Below, piece after piece: positions 39,764 through 48,067 of a DNA stretch of 64,000 bases. The notes under the pieces were generated by a model, which saw nothing but the letters and a program-made list of their open reading frames with translations, was not told the DNA's origin and made no database searches. The stretch covers positions 12,078 to 76,077 of the forward strand of contig JADQBC010000002.1 of assembly GCA_016903655.1 (NCBI GenBank), in the 5' to 3' direction. A program made the position numbers and the translations under genes. The stretch is from Gomphosphaeria aponina SAG 52.96 = DSM 107014. Lineage in GTDB: Bacteria > Cyanobacteriota > Cyanobacteriia > Cyanobacteriales > Gomphosphaeriaceae. Within the stretch, counting starts at the first letter, position 1, and the number at the start of each line of letters is the position of its first letter.

Positions 39764-42700
39764 TTAAACCAAACTCCACAACTCTATGCCATTAATACCA
39801 TTATTGGCTGTGAAATAAAGCTCTCCTCCAACATCAGTGAGGTTAGCAGGATTAGAATTACCACTGCCTGCAAATATATCTATTGCTAACACTGTTCCTG
39901 CTGCACTTCCATCACTCTTCCACAATTCTATGCCATTAATTCCATTATTGGCTGTGAAATAGAGAGTTCCATTCACATCAGTGAGGTTAGCAGGATTAGA
40001 ACTACCGCCATTTAACAGAATATCCTTAACTAAAACTGTTCCTGCTTCACTTCCATCACTCTTCCACAATTCTACTCCATTAATTCCATCATTAGCTGTG
40101 AAAAAGAGAGTTCCATTCACATCTGTTAAGTTAGCAGGATTAGAACCGCCATTTAACAGAATATCTTTAACTAAAACTGTTCCTGCTGCACTTCCATCAC
40201 TCTTCCACAATTCTAATCCATTAATTCCATCATTGGCTGTGAAAAAGAGAGTTCCATTCACATCTGTTAAGTTAGCAGGATTAGAACTACCGCCATTTAA
40301 CAGAATATCCTTAACTAAAACTGTTCCTGCTGCACTTCCATCACTTTTCCACAATTCTACTCCATTTGCCCCATTATTAGCTTGGAAAAAGAGAGTTCCA
40401 TTGACATTAATTAAGTTAGAAGGAGTAGAACTATTACCCCCTGAACGAATATCCTTGAGTAAAACAGTGCCTGCTGCACTTCCATCACTCTTCCACAATT
40501 CTATTCCATTAATCCCATTATTAGCTTGGAAATAGAGAAGATTGTTGAGCTTAGTTAGATTGGCAGGATTAGAACTATTGCTACCACCATAAATATCTTT
40601 AACTAAAACTGTTCCTGCTGCACTTCCATCACTTTTCCACAATTCTATTCCATTAATCCCATTATTGGCTTGGAAATAGAGAAGATTGTTGAGCTTAGTT
40701 AGATTGGCGGGCTTAGAACTCTTGCTACCATCACGAATATCCTTAACTACAACAGTGCCTGCTGCACTTCCATCACTTTTCCACAATTCTATTCCATTAA
40801 TGCCATTATTAGCTTGGAAATAGATAATATTGTTGATATTAGTTAAGTTAGCAGGAGTAGAACTCTTGCTACCATCACGAAGATCTTTAACCAGTTTAAT
40901 CTCCTCGAGATCATTGACATTTATTTCTGCTGTTCTAGTTTCTTCACTAAATGCTGTTTCTCCCCCATTGCTGGTGGTATCTGCCGTCCCTCCTCCAACT
41001 CCTGTACTTTTGTCCCAAAGTCGTAGGGTAATGTTAGCTGTACCAAACCAGTTTGGGTTGGGAATAAACCGCACTTTGTGGTTACTATCTAACAGTCGCG
41101 CGATTGCTTCTGTTACAGCACCCAAGTTATTCCAAGTACTTCCACCATTTGTGGAATATTGCCAGTTTCCGTTGCTATTATCAACTGCAGTAATTGCTAC
41201 TGCTTCTACTATTTCATCTGGGGTATCGTCTGCATCATATATTGTGCTTTCATCAATGATTTCTGCTATGCTATTGCCAGTCGGGGATGTTTCATCTTCG
41301 TTGATTGCAGTTAGTATGAGGGTTTGTGTGTTTTGAAAGTATTTAACACTACCGTCGAATTCCCCAATGAAAGCATCTAAATCACCATCTTGGTCGATGT
41401 CAACTAAGGTGGGATCGCTGTATTTCCCCACATATATTTCATTGAAGGGGTTTTGAGTACCTGTTACTGCGATAAATTTGGGATTCCTGCTAGTTCCTGT
41501 ATTTTGAAAGTATTGAGCAGCATATCTGTATCCACCACTGAAAGCATCTAAATCACCATCTTCGTCGATGTCAACTAAGGTGGGATTGCTGTAATAATCT
41601 ACATCTTGTCCATTGAAGGGGTTTTGAGTACCTGTTACTGCGATAAATTTGGGATTGCTGCTATTGCCTGTGTTTTTAAAGTAGTGAATAGTCCCATATT
41701 TTTCTCCACTGAAAGCATCTAAATCACCATCTCCGTCGATGTCAACTAAGGTGGGAGTGCTGTACCTACCCACATATATTCCATTGAAGGGGTTTTGAGT
41801 ACCTGTTACTGCGATAAATTTGGGATTGCTGCTATTGCCTGTGTTTTTAAAGTAATAAATAACATTACTGTATTCCCCAATGAAAGCATCTAAATCACCA
41901 TCTTGGTCGATGTCAACTAAGGTAGGAGCGCTGTTATAACCCACATCTATTCCATTGAAGGGGTTTTGAGTACCTGTTACTGCGATAAATTTGAGATTGC
42001 TGCTATTGCCTGTGTTTTTAAAGTATTTAATAGTACCATCTTTTTCCCCAATGAAAGCATCTAAATCTCCATCTTTGTCGATGTCAACTAAGGTGGGAGT
42101 GCTGCCATAACCCACATCTATTCCATTGAAGGGGTTTTGAGTACCTGTTACTGCGATAAATTTGACAAATCTCGGAGCCCTGTTGGGTTGAGAAACATTT
42201 TGAAAGTATTTAATCTTACCATCAGATTCCCCAATGAAAGCATCTAAATCTCCATCTCCGTTGATGTCAACTAAAGTGGGAGTGCTGGAATAACCCACAT
42301 CTATTCCATTGAAGGGGTTTCCTGCACCTGTTACTTCCACAAATTTGGGATTGCTGCTATTGCCTGTATTTTTAAAGTAATAAATAGTACCAGAGAGTCC
42401 CCCAATGAAAGCATCTAAATCTCCATCTTCGTCGATGTCAACTAAGGTGGGAGCGCTTTCATCCCCGGGGGGAGCGCTTCTATCACCCACATCTATTCCA
42501 TTGAAGGGGTTTCCTGCACCTGTTACTTCCACAAATTTGGGATTGCTGCTATTGCCTGTATTTTTAAAGTAGTAAATACTACCAGAATATTCTCCAATGA
42601 AAGCATCTAAATCTCCATCTCCGTCGATATCAGCTAAGGTGGGTTTGCTCCAATCAACATATATTCCATTGAAGGGGTTTTGAGTACCTGTTACTGCGAT

Positions 42701-43060
42701 AAATTTGGGATTCCTGCTATTTCCTGTATTTTTAAAGTATTGAATGCTACTACTTCTTTCCCCACTGAAAGCATCTAAATCACCATCTCCGTCGATGTCA
42801 ACTAAGGTGGGAGTGCTCCAATCACCCACATCTATTCCATTGAAGGGGTTTTGAGTACCTGTTACTTCCACAAATTTGGGATTGCTGCTATTTCCTGTAT
42901 TTTTAAAGTATTTAATAGTACCAAAGTATTCCCCACTGAAAGCATCTAAATCACCATCTTTGTCGATGTCAACTAAGGTGGGAGCGCTGTTATCACCCAC
43001 ATCTATTCCATTGAAGGGGTTTTGAGTGCCTGTTCGTTCGGTAAATTGAAATCTTGCCAT
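39764..43060 (-). CDS. giant repeat protein G1: 10 FG-GAP/VCBS repeats, a conserved beta-sandwich module and 7-8 ELWxxDG propeller repeats
   Basis: Ten copies of ...TGTQNPFNGIDVG..S.PTLVDID.DGDLDAF.GE..G.I.YFKNTGNS.NPKF. The middle module reads AITAVDNSNGNWQYSTNGGSTWNNLG...RFIPNPNWFG. The C-terminus repeats G.ELWKSDGSAAGTVLVKDI. No N-terminal hydrophobic segment. Confidence 0.9.
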   Translation of the reverse strand: MARFQFTERTGTQNPFNGIDVGDNSAPTLVDIDKDGDLDAFSGEYFGTIKYFKNTGNSSNPKFVEVTGTQNPFNGIDVGDWSTPTLVDIDGDGDLDAFSGERSSSIQYFKNTGNSRNPKFIAVTGTQNPFNGIYVDWSKPTLADIDGDGDLDAFIGEYSGSIYYFKNTGNSSNPKFVEVTGAGNPFNGIDVGDRSAPPGDESAPTLVDIDEDGDLDAFIGGLSGTIYYFKNTGNSSNPKFVEVTGAGNPFNGIDVGYSSTPTLVDINGDGDLDAFIGESDGKIKYFQNVSQPNRAPRFVKFIAVTGTQNPFNGIDVGYGSTPTLVDIDKDGDLDAFIGEKDGTIKYFKNTGNSSNLKFIAVTGTQNPFNGIDVGYNSAPTLVDIDQDGDLDAFIGEYSNVIYYFKNTGNSSNPKFIAVTGTQNPFNGIYVGRYSTPTLVDIDGDGDLDAFSGEKYGTIHYFKNTGNSSNPKFIAVTGTQNPFNGQDVDYYSNPTLVDIDEDGDLDAFSGGYRYAAQYFQNTGTSRNPKFIAVTGTQNPFNEIYVGKYSDPTLVDIDQDGDLDAFIGEFDGSVKYFQNTQTLILTAINEDETSPTGNSIAEIIDESTIYDADDTPDEIVEAVAITAVDNSNGNWQYSTNGGSTWNNLGAVTEAIARLLDSNHKVRFIPNPNWFGTANITLRLWDKSTGVGGGTADTTSNGGETAFSEETRTAEINVNDLEEIKLVKDLRDGSKSSTPANLTNINNIIYFQANNGINGIELWKSDGSAAGTVVVKDIRDGSKSSKPANLTKLNNLLYFQANNGINGIELWKSDGSAAGTVLVKDIYGGSNSSNPANLTKLNNLLYFQANNGINGIELWKSDGSAAGTVLLKDIRSGGNSSTPSNLINVNGTLFFQANNGANGVELWKSDGSAAGTVLVKDILLNGGSSNPANLTDVNGTLFFTANDGINGLELWKSDGSAAGTVLVKDILLNGGSNPANLTDVNGTLFFTANDGINGVELWKSDGSEAGTVLVKDILLNGGSSNPANLTDVNGTLYFTANNGINGIELWKSDGSAAGTVLAIDIFAGSGNSNPANLTDVGGELYFTANNGINGIELWSLV

Positions 43061-43095
43061 AATTTTCAGTTCCCATAATTGATTTTATATTAGTC

Positions 43096-43125
43096 ATTAT
43101 AAACCAGCTTTTCACATTTTGTCAA
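43096..43125 (-). promoter_or_regulatory. near-consensus sigma-70-type promoter for G1 in the 94-bp gap between the giant genes
   Basis: The minus strand reads TTGACA (43125-43120), an 18-nt spacer, then TATAAT (43101-43096), about 35 nt upstream of the G1 ATG. Confidence 0.45.
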
Positions 43126-43154
43126 GCTGTTTATATTAAATTACATTATCACCA

Positions 43155-46100
43155 TTAAACCCCACTCCACAACTCTATGCCATTAATACCATTATTGGCT
43201 GTGAAATAAAGCTCTCCCAAAACCTCAGTGAGGTTAGCTGGATTAGAACTACCACTGCCTGCAAATATATCTCCTCTTAACACTGTTCCTGCTGCACTTC
43301 CATCACTCTTCCACAATTCTATTCCATTAATTCCATCATTAGCTGTGAAATAGAGAGTTCCATTCACATCAGTTAAGTTAGCAGGATTAGAACCGCCATT
43401 TAACAGAATATCTTTGACTAAAACTGTTCCTGCTGCACTTCCATCACTCTTCCACAATTCTACTCCATTAATTCCATCATTGGCTGTGAAAAAGAGAGTT
43501 CCATTCACATCAGTTAAGTTAGTTGGGTTGGAACTACCGCCATTTAACAGAATATCCTTAACTAAAACTGTTCCTGCTTCACTTCCATCACTTTTCCACA
43601 ATTCTACTCCATTAATTCCATCATTGGCTGTGAAAAAGAGAGTATTATCAAGCTGGATTAAGTTAGAAGGATTAGAACTATTACTACCATCACGAATATC
43701 CTTAACTAAAACTGTGCCTGCTGCACTTCCATCACTCTTCCACAATTCTATTCCATTCGCTCCATTAGTAGCTTGGAAAAAGAGAGTTCCATTGACATTA
43801 ATTAAGTTAGAAGGAGTAGAACTATTACCCCCTGAACGAATATCCTTGAGTAAAACAGTGCCTGCTTCACTTCCATCACTTTTCCATAACTCATAGCCAT
43901 TTACTTTGTCATAAGCTCGGAATAGTAGGGTATTATTAACATGAGTTAGGTGAGAAGGATTGGAATTAGAACTACTGTTACCTGCAAAAATATCTTTGAC
44001 TAAAACTGTTCCTCCTTCACTGCCATCACTTTTCCACAATTCTATCCCATTAATCCCATTATTGGCTTGGAAATAGATAATATTGTTGATATTTATTAGA
44101 TTTGAAGGAGTGGAACTACCGTTACCAGAACGAATATCTTTGACTAAAACTGTTCCTGCTTCACTGCCATCACTTTTCCACAATTCTATCCCATTAATGC
44201 CATTAGCTGGGAAATAAATGATGTTATTGACATTGATTATGTTATTTGTGTTGGCATTCCTGCTTCCCTCACGTATATTTTTAACTAAAACTGTTCCTGC
44301 TTCACTTCCATCACTCTTCCACAACTCTACTCCTTCTGTTCCATTATTGGCTTGGAAAAATAGAGTTCCATTAATATTAGTTAGGTGAGCGGGATTGGAA
44401 CTACTGCCACCTGAATAAATATCTTTAACCAGTTTAAAGTCCCCAAACTCATTGACATTGATGGTAAATATTTCCTCAAATATTCCTCCTTTTCCATCGT
44501 TTGTTTGTACCCGCAGGCTGTAGGTTTTTTTGGTTTCAAAGTCAAATACTTCTGCTGTTTGCAGTTGGTTTCCTACTATTTTAAATGCGGTATTATCTAC
44601 ATCTCCTTCTCCTGCAACTAATTGGTAGGTGTGGGTATCTTCTATGTTTGGGTCTTCTGTTGTCAAAGTTCCTACTACTGTTGCAACTGGTTGGTTTTCT
44701 GCTACTGTTTCACTTGAAAGAGTAATGTTTGTGGGGGCTAAGTTCTCAACAATGTCATTTACAGAAATTATCAGCTCTTTTTGATAAGTTCCCCCTTTTC
44801 CATCATTGGTTTGCACCTTAATTTTATAGGAATTTTTCGCCTCAAAGTTCAAACTTGCTTTGGTTTTTATTTGATTGCCTAGTATTTCAAATACACTGTT
44901 ATCGGGATAATTAGCATTATCTACTAAACTATAGGTGTGGGTTTCTCCTGCATCTGGATCGGTGGTCGTGAGATTTCCTACTACTGTGCCCACTGGTTTA
45001 TTTTCGTCTATGGTACTAGCAGAAAGGGTAATATTTGTGGGTGACTCATTAATATTATTCACCGCAATTATCAGCTCTTTTTGATAAGTTCCCCCTTTTC
45101 CATCATTGGTTTCTACTTTAATTTTATAGGAATTTTGGCTTTCAAAGTTAAAACTTGCAGCCGTTAAAAGTTGTTTATTGACATTATCAATCTGAAAGAA
45201 GTTATTATCGGGGTAATTAGCATTATCCACTAAACTATAAGTGTGGATGTCTCCTGCATTTTGGTCTGTGGAAGCGAGGTTTCCTACTATTGTACCCGTA
45301 GCTGAGTTTTCATTTACTGTCTGGGAAGTAATGCTAATGTCTGTGGGAGCTTGGTTGCTTGTCACATCATTGACAGTTATTTCTGCTGTTGTCGTTTCTT
45401 CACTAAATGCTGTTTCTCCTCCATTGCTGGTGGTGTTTGCTATTCCTCCTCCTACTCCTGTACTTTGATCCCAGAGTCGCAGGGTAATTTTAGCTGTACC
45501 AAACCAGTTTGGGTTGGGAATAAACCGCACTTTGTGGATACTGTCTAACAAGCGGGCGGTTGCTTCTGTTACAGCACCAAAGTTATTCCAAGTACTTCCA
45601 CCATTTGTGGAATATTGCCAGTTTCCGTTGCTATTATCAACTGCAGTGATTGCTACTGCTTCTACTACAACTTCTGCATCCGCTATTGTGGTTTCATCGA
45701 TGATTTCTGCTATTGTATTGCCAAGCGGCGCGGTTTCATCTTCATTAATTGCACTCAGGTTATAGATGGGAGCTTGGGAGTTATTTTTCAAGTATTTAAT
45801 AGTACCAAGTAATTCCCCCACCAAAGCATCTAAATCCCCATCCCCGTCGATATCAACTAAAGTGGGAGTGCTATTATTCCCCACATTAAAACCATCTAAA
45901 AGGTTTTCTCCCCCTGTTACTTCGATCAATTGGGGATTGGTACTATTTCCTATATTCTTAAAATATTTAATCGTCCCATTTTTTTCCCCCATGAAAGCAT
46001 CAAAATCCCCATCTTTGTCGATGTCAACCCAGGTGGGAGTGCTATTATTCCCCACATCAAAACTATTCAAGGGGTTTTGAGTACCTGTTACTTCCACAAA

Positions 46101-47357
46101 TTGAGGATTAGTACTAGTTCCTGTATTTTTAAAGTAATTTACATTCCCATTTTCTTCCCCGATAAAAGCATCAAAATCCCCATCTTTGTCGATGTCAACC
46201 CAGGTGGGAGTGCTATTATTCCCCACATCAAAACTATTCAAGGGGTTTTGAGTACCTGTTACTTCCACAAATTGAGGATTAGTGCCATTTCCTGTATTTT
46301 TAAAGTAATTTATATTCCCATTTTTTTCCCCAATGACAACATCCAAATCCCCATCCCCGTCCATATCGACTAAGGTGGGAGTGCTGTTACTACCCACATC
46401 TCGCCCACTTAAGGGTGTCCCAGCCCCTGTTACTTTGATCAATTGGGGATTGACACTATTTCCTGTATTTTTAAAATATTCAATAGTTCCTTCCTGTTTC
46501 CCAATCAAAGCATCCAAATCCCCATCCCCGTCGATATCAACTAAAGTGGGAGTGCTGTTATTCCCCACATCGAAACTATTCAAAGGGTTTCCTGTACCTG
46601 TTACTTCACTGAAGCTGGATGTTCTTTGACTGAAACTAGGGGCTGTGTTGGGTTTGCTCGTTGTATTTTCTAGATATTTTATGTTGCCAACTCCCGCCCC
46701 AATGAAAGCATCTAAATCCCCATCTTCGTCGATGTCAACTAAAGTGGGAGCGCTGTTATAACCCACATCTATTCCATTGAAGGGATTTCCTGTATCTGTT
46801 ACTGCGATAAATTTGGTATTGGTACTATTTCCTGTATTCTTGAAATATCTAACTTTACCGTCCGATTCCCCAATGAAAGCATCTAAATCCCCATCTTCGT
46901 CGATATCAATTAAAGTGGGAGTGCTGTTAGAACCCACATCAAAACTATTAAAGGGATTTCCTGTACCTGTTACTGCGATAAATTTGGGATTGCTGCTATT
47001 TCCTGTATGTTTAATATATTTTATAGTACCACCACTTTCCCCCACCAAAGCATCTAAATCACCGTCTTTATCGATATCAACCAAGGTGGGAGTGCTATTA
47101 TTCCCCACATCTATTCCATTGAAGGGATTTCCTGTACCTGTTACTGCGATAAATTTCGGATTGCTGCTATTTTCTGTGTTTGTGTAATACTTCAAAGCTC
47201 CCAAGGATTCTCCAATGAAAGCGTCTAAATCACCGTCTTTGTCGATATCAACCAAGGTGGGAGCGCTTGAGTTACCCACATCTATTCCATTGAAGGGATT
47301 TCCTGTACCTGTTACTGCGATCAATTTGGGATTGATGCTATTCCCTGTATTGGTCAA
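43155..47357 (-). CDS. giant repeat protein G2: FG-GAP/VCBS repeats, beta-sandwich module, 3 cadherin-like domains and 8-9 ELWxxDG repeats
   Basis: Same plan as G1 plus three ~105-aa cadherin-type units (NQAPTDISITSQTVNENSATGTIVGNL...). The listed start is only the first TTG. The frame stays open to 47552 and encodes a tenth FG-GAP repeat plus the G1-like N-terminus (see findings). Confidence 0.88.
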   Translation of the reverse strand: MTNTGNSINPKLIAVTGTGNPFNGIDVGNSSAPTLVDIDKDGDLDAFIGESLGALKYYTNTENSSNPKFIAVTGTGNPFNGIDVGNNSTPTLVDIDKDGDLDALVGESGGTIKYIKHTGNSSNPKFIAVTGTGNPFNSFDVGSNSTPTLIDIDEDGDLDAFIGESDGKVRYFKNTGNSTNTKFIAVTDTGNPFNGIDVGYNSAPTLVDIDEDGDLDAFIGAGVGNIKYLENTTSKPNTAPSFSQRTSSFSEVTGTGNPLNSFDVGNNSTPTLVDIDGDGDLDALIGKQEGTIEYFKNTGNSVNPQLIKVTGAGTPLSGRDVGSNSTPTLVDMDGDGDLDVVIGEKNGNINYFKNTGNGTNPQFVEVTGTQNPLNSFDVGNNSTPTWVDIDKDGDFDAFIGEENGNVNYFKNTGTSTNPQFVEVTGTQNPLNSFDVGNNSTPTWVDIDKDGDFDAFMGEKNGTIKYFKNIGNSTNPQLIEVTGGENLLDGFNVGNNSTPTLVDIDGDGDLDALVGELLGTIKYLKNNSQAPIYNLSAINEDETAPLGNTIAEIIDETTIADAEVVVEAVAITAVDNSNGNWQYSTNGGSTWNNFGAVTEATARLLDSIHKVRFIPNPNWFGTAKITLRLWDQSTGVGGGIANTTSNGGETAFSEETTTAEITVNDVTSNQAPTDISITSQTVNENSATGTIVGNLASTDQNAGDIHTYSLVDNANYPDNNFFQIDNVNKQLLTAASFNFESQNSYKIKVETNDGKGGTYQKELIIAVNNINESPTNITLSASTIDENKPVGTVVGNLTTTDPDAGETHTYSLVDNANYPDNSVFEILGNQIKTKASLNFEAKNSYKIKVQTNDGKGGTYQKELIISVNDIVENLAPTNITLSSETVAENQPVATVVGTLTTEDPNIEDTHTYQLVAGEGDVDNTAFKIVGNQLQTAEVFDFETKKTYSLRVQTNDGKGGIFEEIFTINVNEFGDFKLVKDIYSGGSSSNPAHLTNINGTLFFQANNGTEGVELWKSDGSEAGTVLVKNIREGSRNANTNNIINVNNIIYFPANGINGIELWKSDGSEAGTVLVKDIRSGNGSSTPSNLININNIIYFQANNGINGIELWKSDGSEGGTVLVKDIFAGNSSSNSNPSHLTHVNNTLLFRAYDKVNGYELWKSDGSEAGTVLLKDIRSGGNSSTPSNLINVNGTLFFQATNGANGIELWKSDGSAAGTVLVKDIRDGSNSSNPSNLIQLDNTLFFTANDGINGVELWKSDGSEAGTVLVKDILLNGGSSNPTNLTDVNGTLFFTANDGINGVELWKSDGSAAGTVLVKDILLNGGSNPANLTDVNGTLYFTANDGINGIELWKSDGSAAGTVLRGDIFAGSGSSNPANLTEVLGELYFTANNGINGIELWSGV

Positions 47358-47524
47358 ATACTTAATATTGCCGTTGGATTCCCCAATGAAAGCATCTAAA
47401 TCCCCATCCCCATCGATATCAACCAGAGTAGGAGTGGTTGAATAACCTACATTTGCTCCATTTAGGGGGTTCCCAGTACCTGTTCTTTCCGTTAGTTGTA
47501 TTAATGTCTCACCCCGAGGGGAGA

Positions 47525-47649
47525 GGTTGGGTTTTTTGGAGAATGACGCATTTTAGTAGCGGAGAAAGGAGTAGGGAGTGGGGAGAGGGTTTGAGTTGGG
47601 TTAGTAGTTTATGTAAACAAATAATTCATAACTCAAAAAACGCAACGCC
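47525..47649. mobile_element. about 125-bp MITE, family B, copy 2, abutting the 5' end of G2
   Basis: ggttgggttttttggagaatgacgcattttagtagcggag...actcaaaaaacgcaacgcc aligns end to end with 37705-37830. Confidence 0.8.
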
Positions 47650-47727
47650 AGAACTTCGGGGTTGGTGAGTGCGTAATGCTTGTTTGAAAGGATATATACT
47701 ATATTTTTATTTCAAAAAATTCTCCAT

Positions 47728-47810
47728 TAGACCTCAAGCAAGAAGTCCAAACATTAAAACTGTCATCCTGAGCGCGAAGCTGGACTGATGACAGTTTTTC
47801 GTAATTTCGC
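47728..47810. repeat. dispersed repeat, family C, longest copy
   Basis: tagacctcaagcaagaagtccaaacattaaaactgtcatc...gatgacagtttttcgtaatttcgc. Copies at 5100-5161 (inverted) and 53535-53565 (5' part). Confidence 0.8.
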
Positions 47811-47834
47811 AAGAGATCTATTGAACGTGGAATG

Positions 47835-47874
47835 GCGATGTCCGTAGGGCATGTCCTACGGACATCGCTTTTTT
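47835..47874 (+). terminator. strong orphan intrinsic terminator (14-bp GC-rich stem, T6)
   Basis: gcgatgtccgtagg-gcatgt-cctacggacatcgc-tttttt. There is no plus-strand ORF upstream and no U-run on the opposite strand. Confidence 0.65.
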
Positions 47875-48067
47875 GTCAAAGGAGATAAGATTGAAATCGA
47901 AGATTTCGAGATGCCAGAACCAGAAATGTTAAATAGTTATTAATGTCAACTGTTTTGAAAGTGGTTTAATTTATGTTTAAATCACACTAAACTTAGAACT
48001 TAGAACTATTTATAAAAGAATAGTTAAAAAAACATTTTGTACTTGATGAACTTGAGAACCGCTATCA

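Noticed and set aside
39764-47357. Regular ~170-180-bp periodic repeats that could be mistaken for a CRISPR-like or satellite array
   Set aside because: The period is a coding repeat within two uninterrupted ORFs, and there is no short repeat/unique spacer organisation. No CRISPR array or cas gene exists anywhere in the window. The heptamer arrays have a 7-nt period and no spacers.
39981-47445. Many long plus-strand ORFs (e.g. 39981-40535, 40830-41336, 43414-43896, 45766-46080, 45930-46373, 46777-47187) inside the giant genes
   Set aside because: They are antisense shadows of the highly repetitive minus-strand genes. Their products are low-complexity Pro/Ser/Leu-rich strings whose periodicity mirrors the sense repeats, and the sense frames carry clear FG-GAP, cadherin and ELWxxDG motifs.
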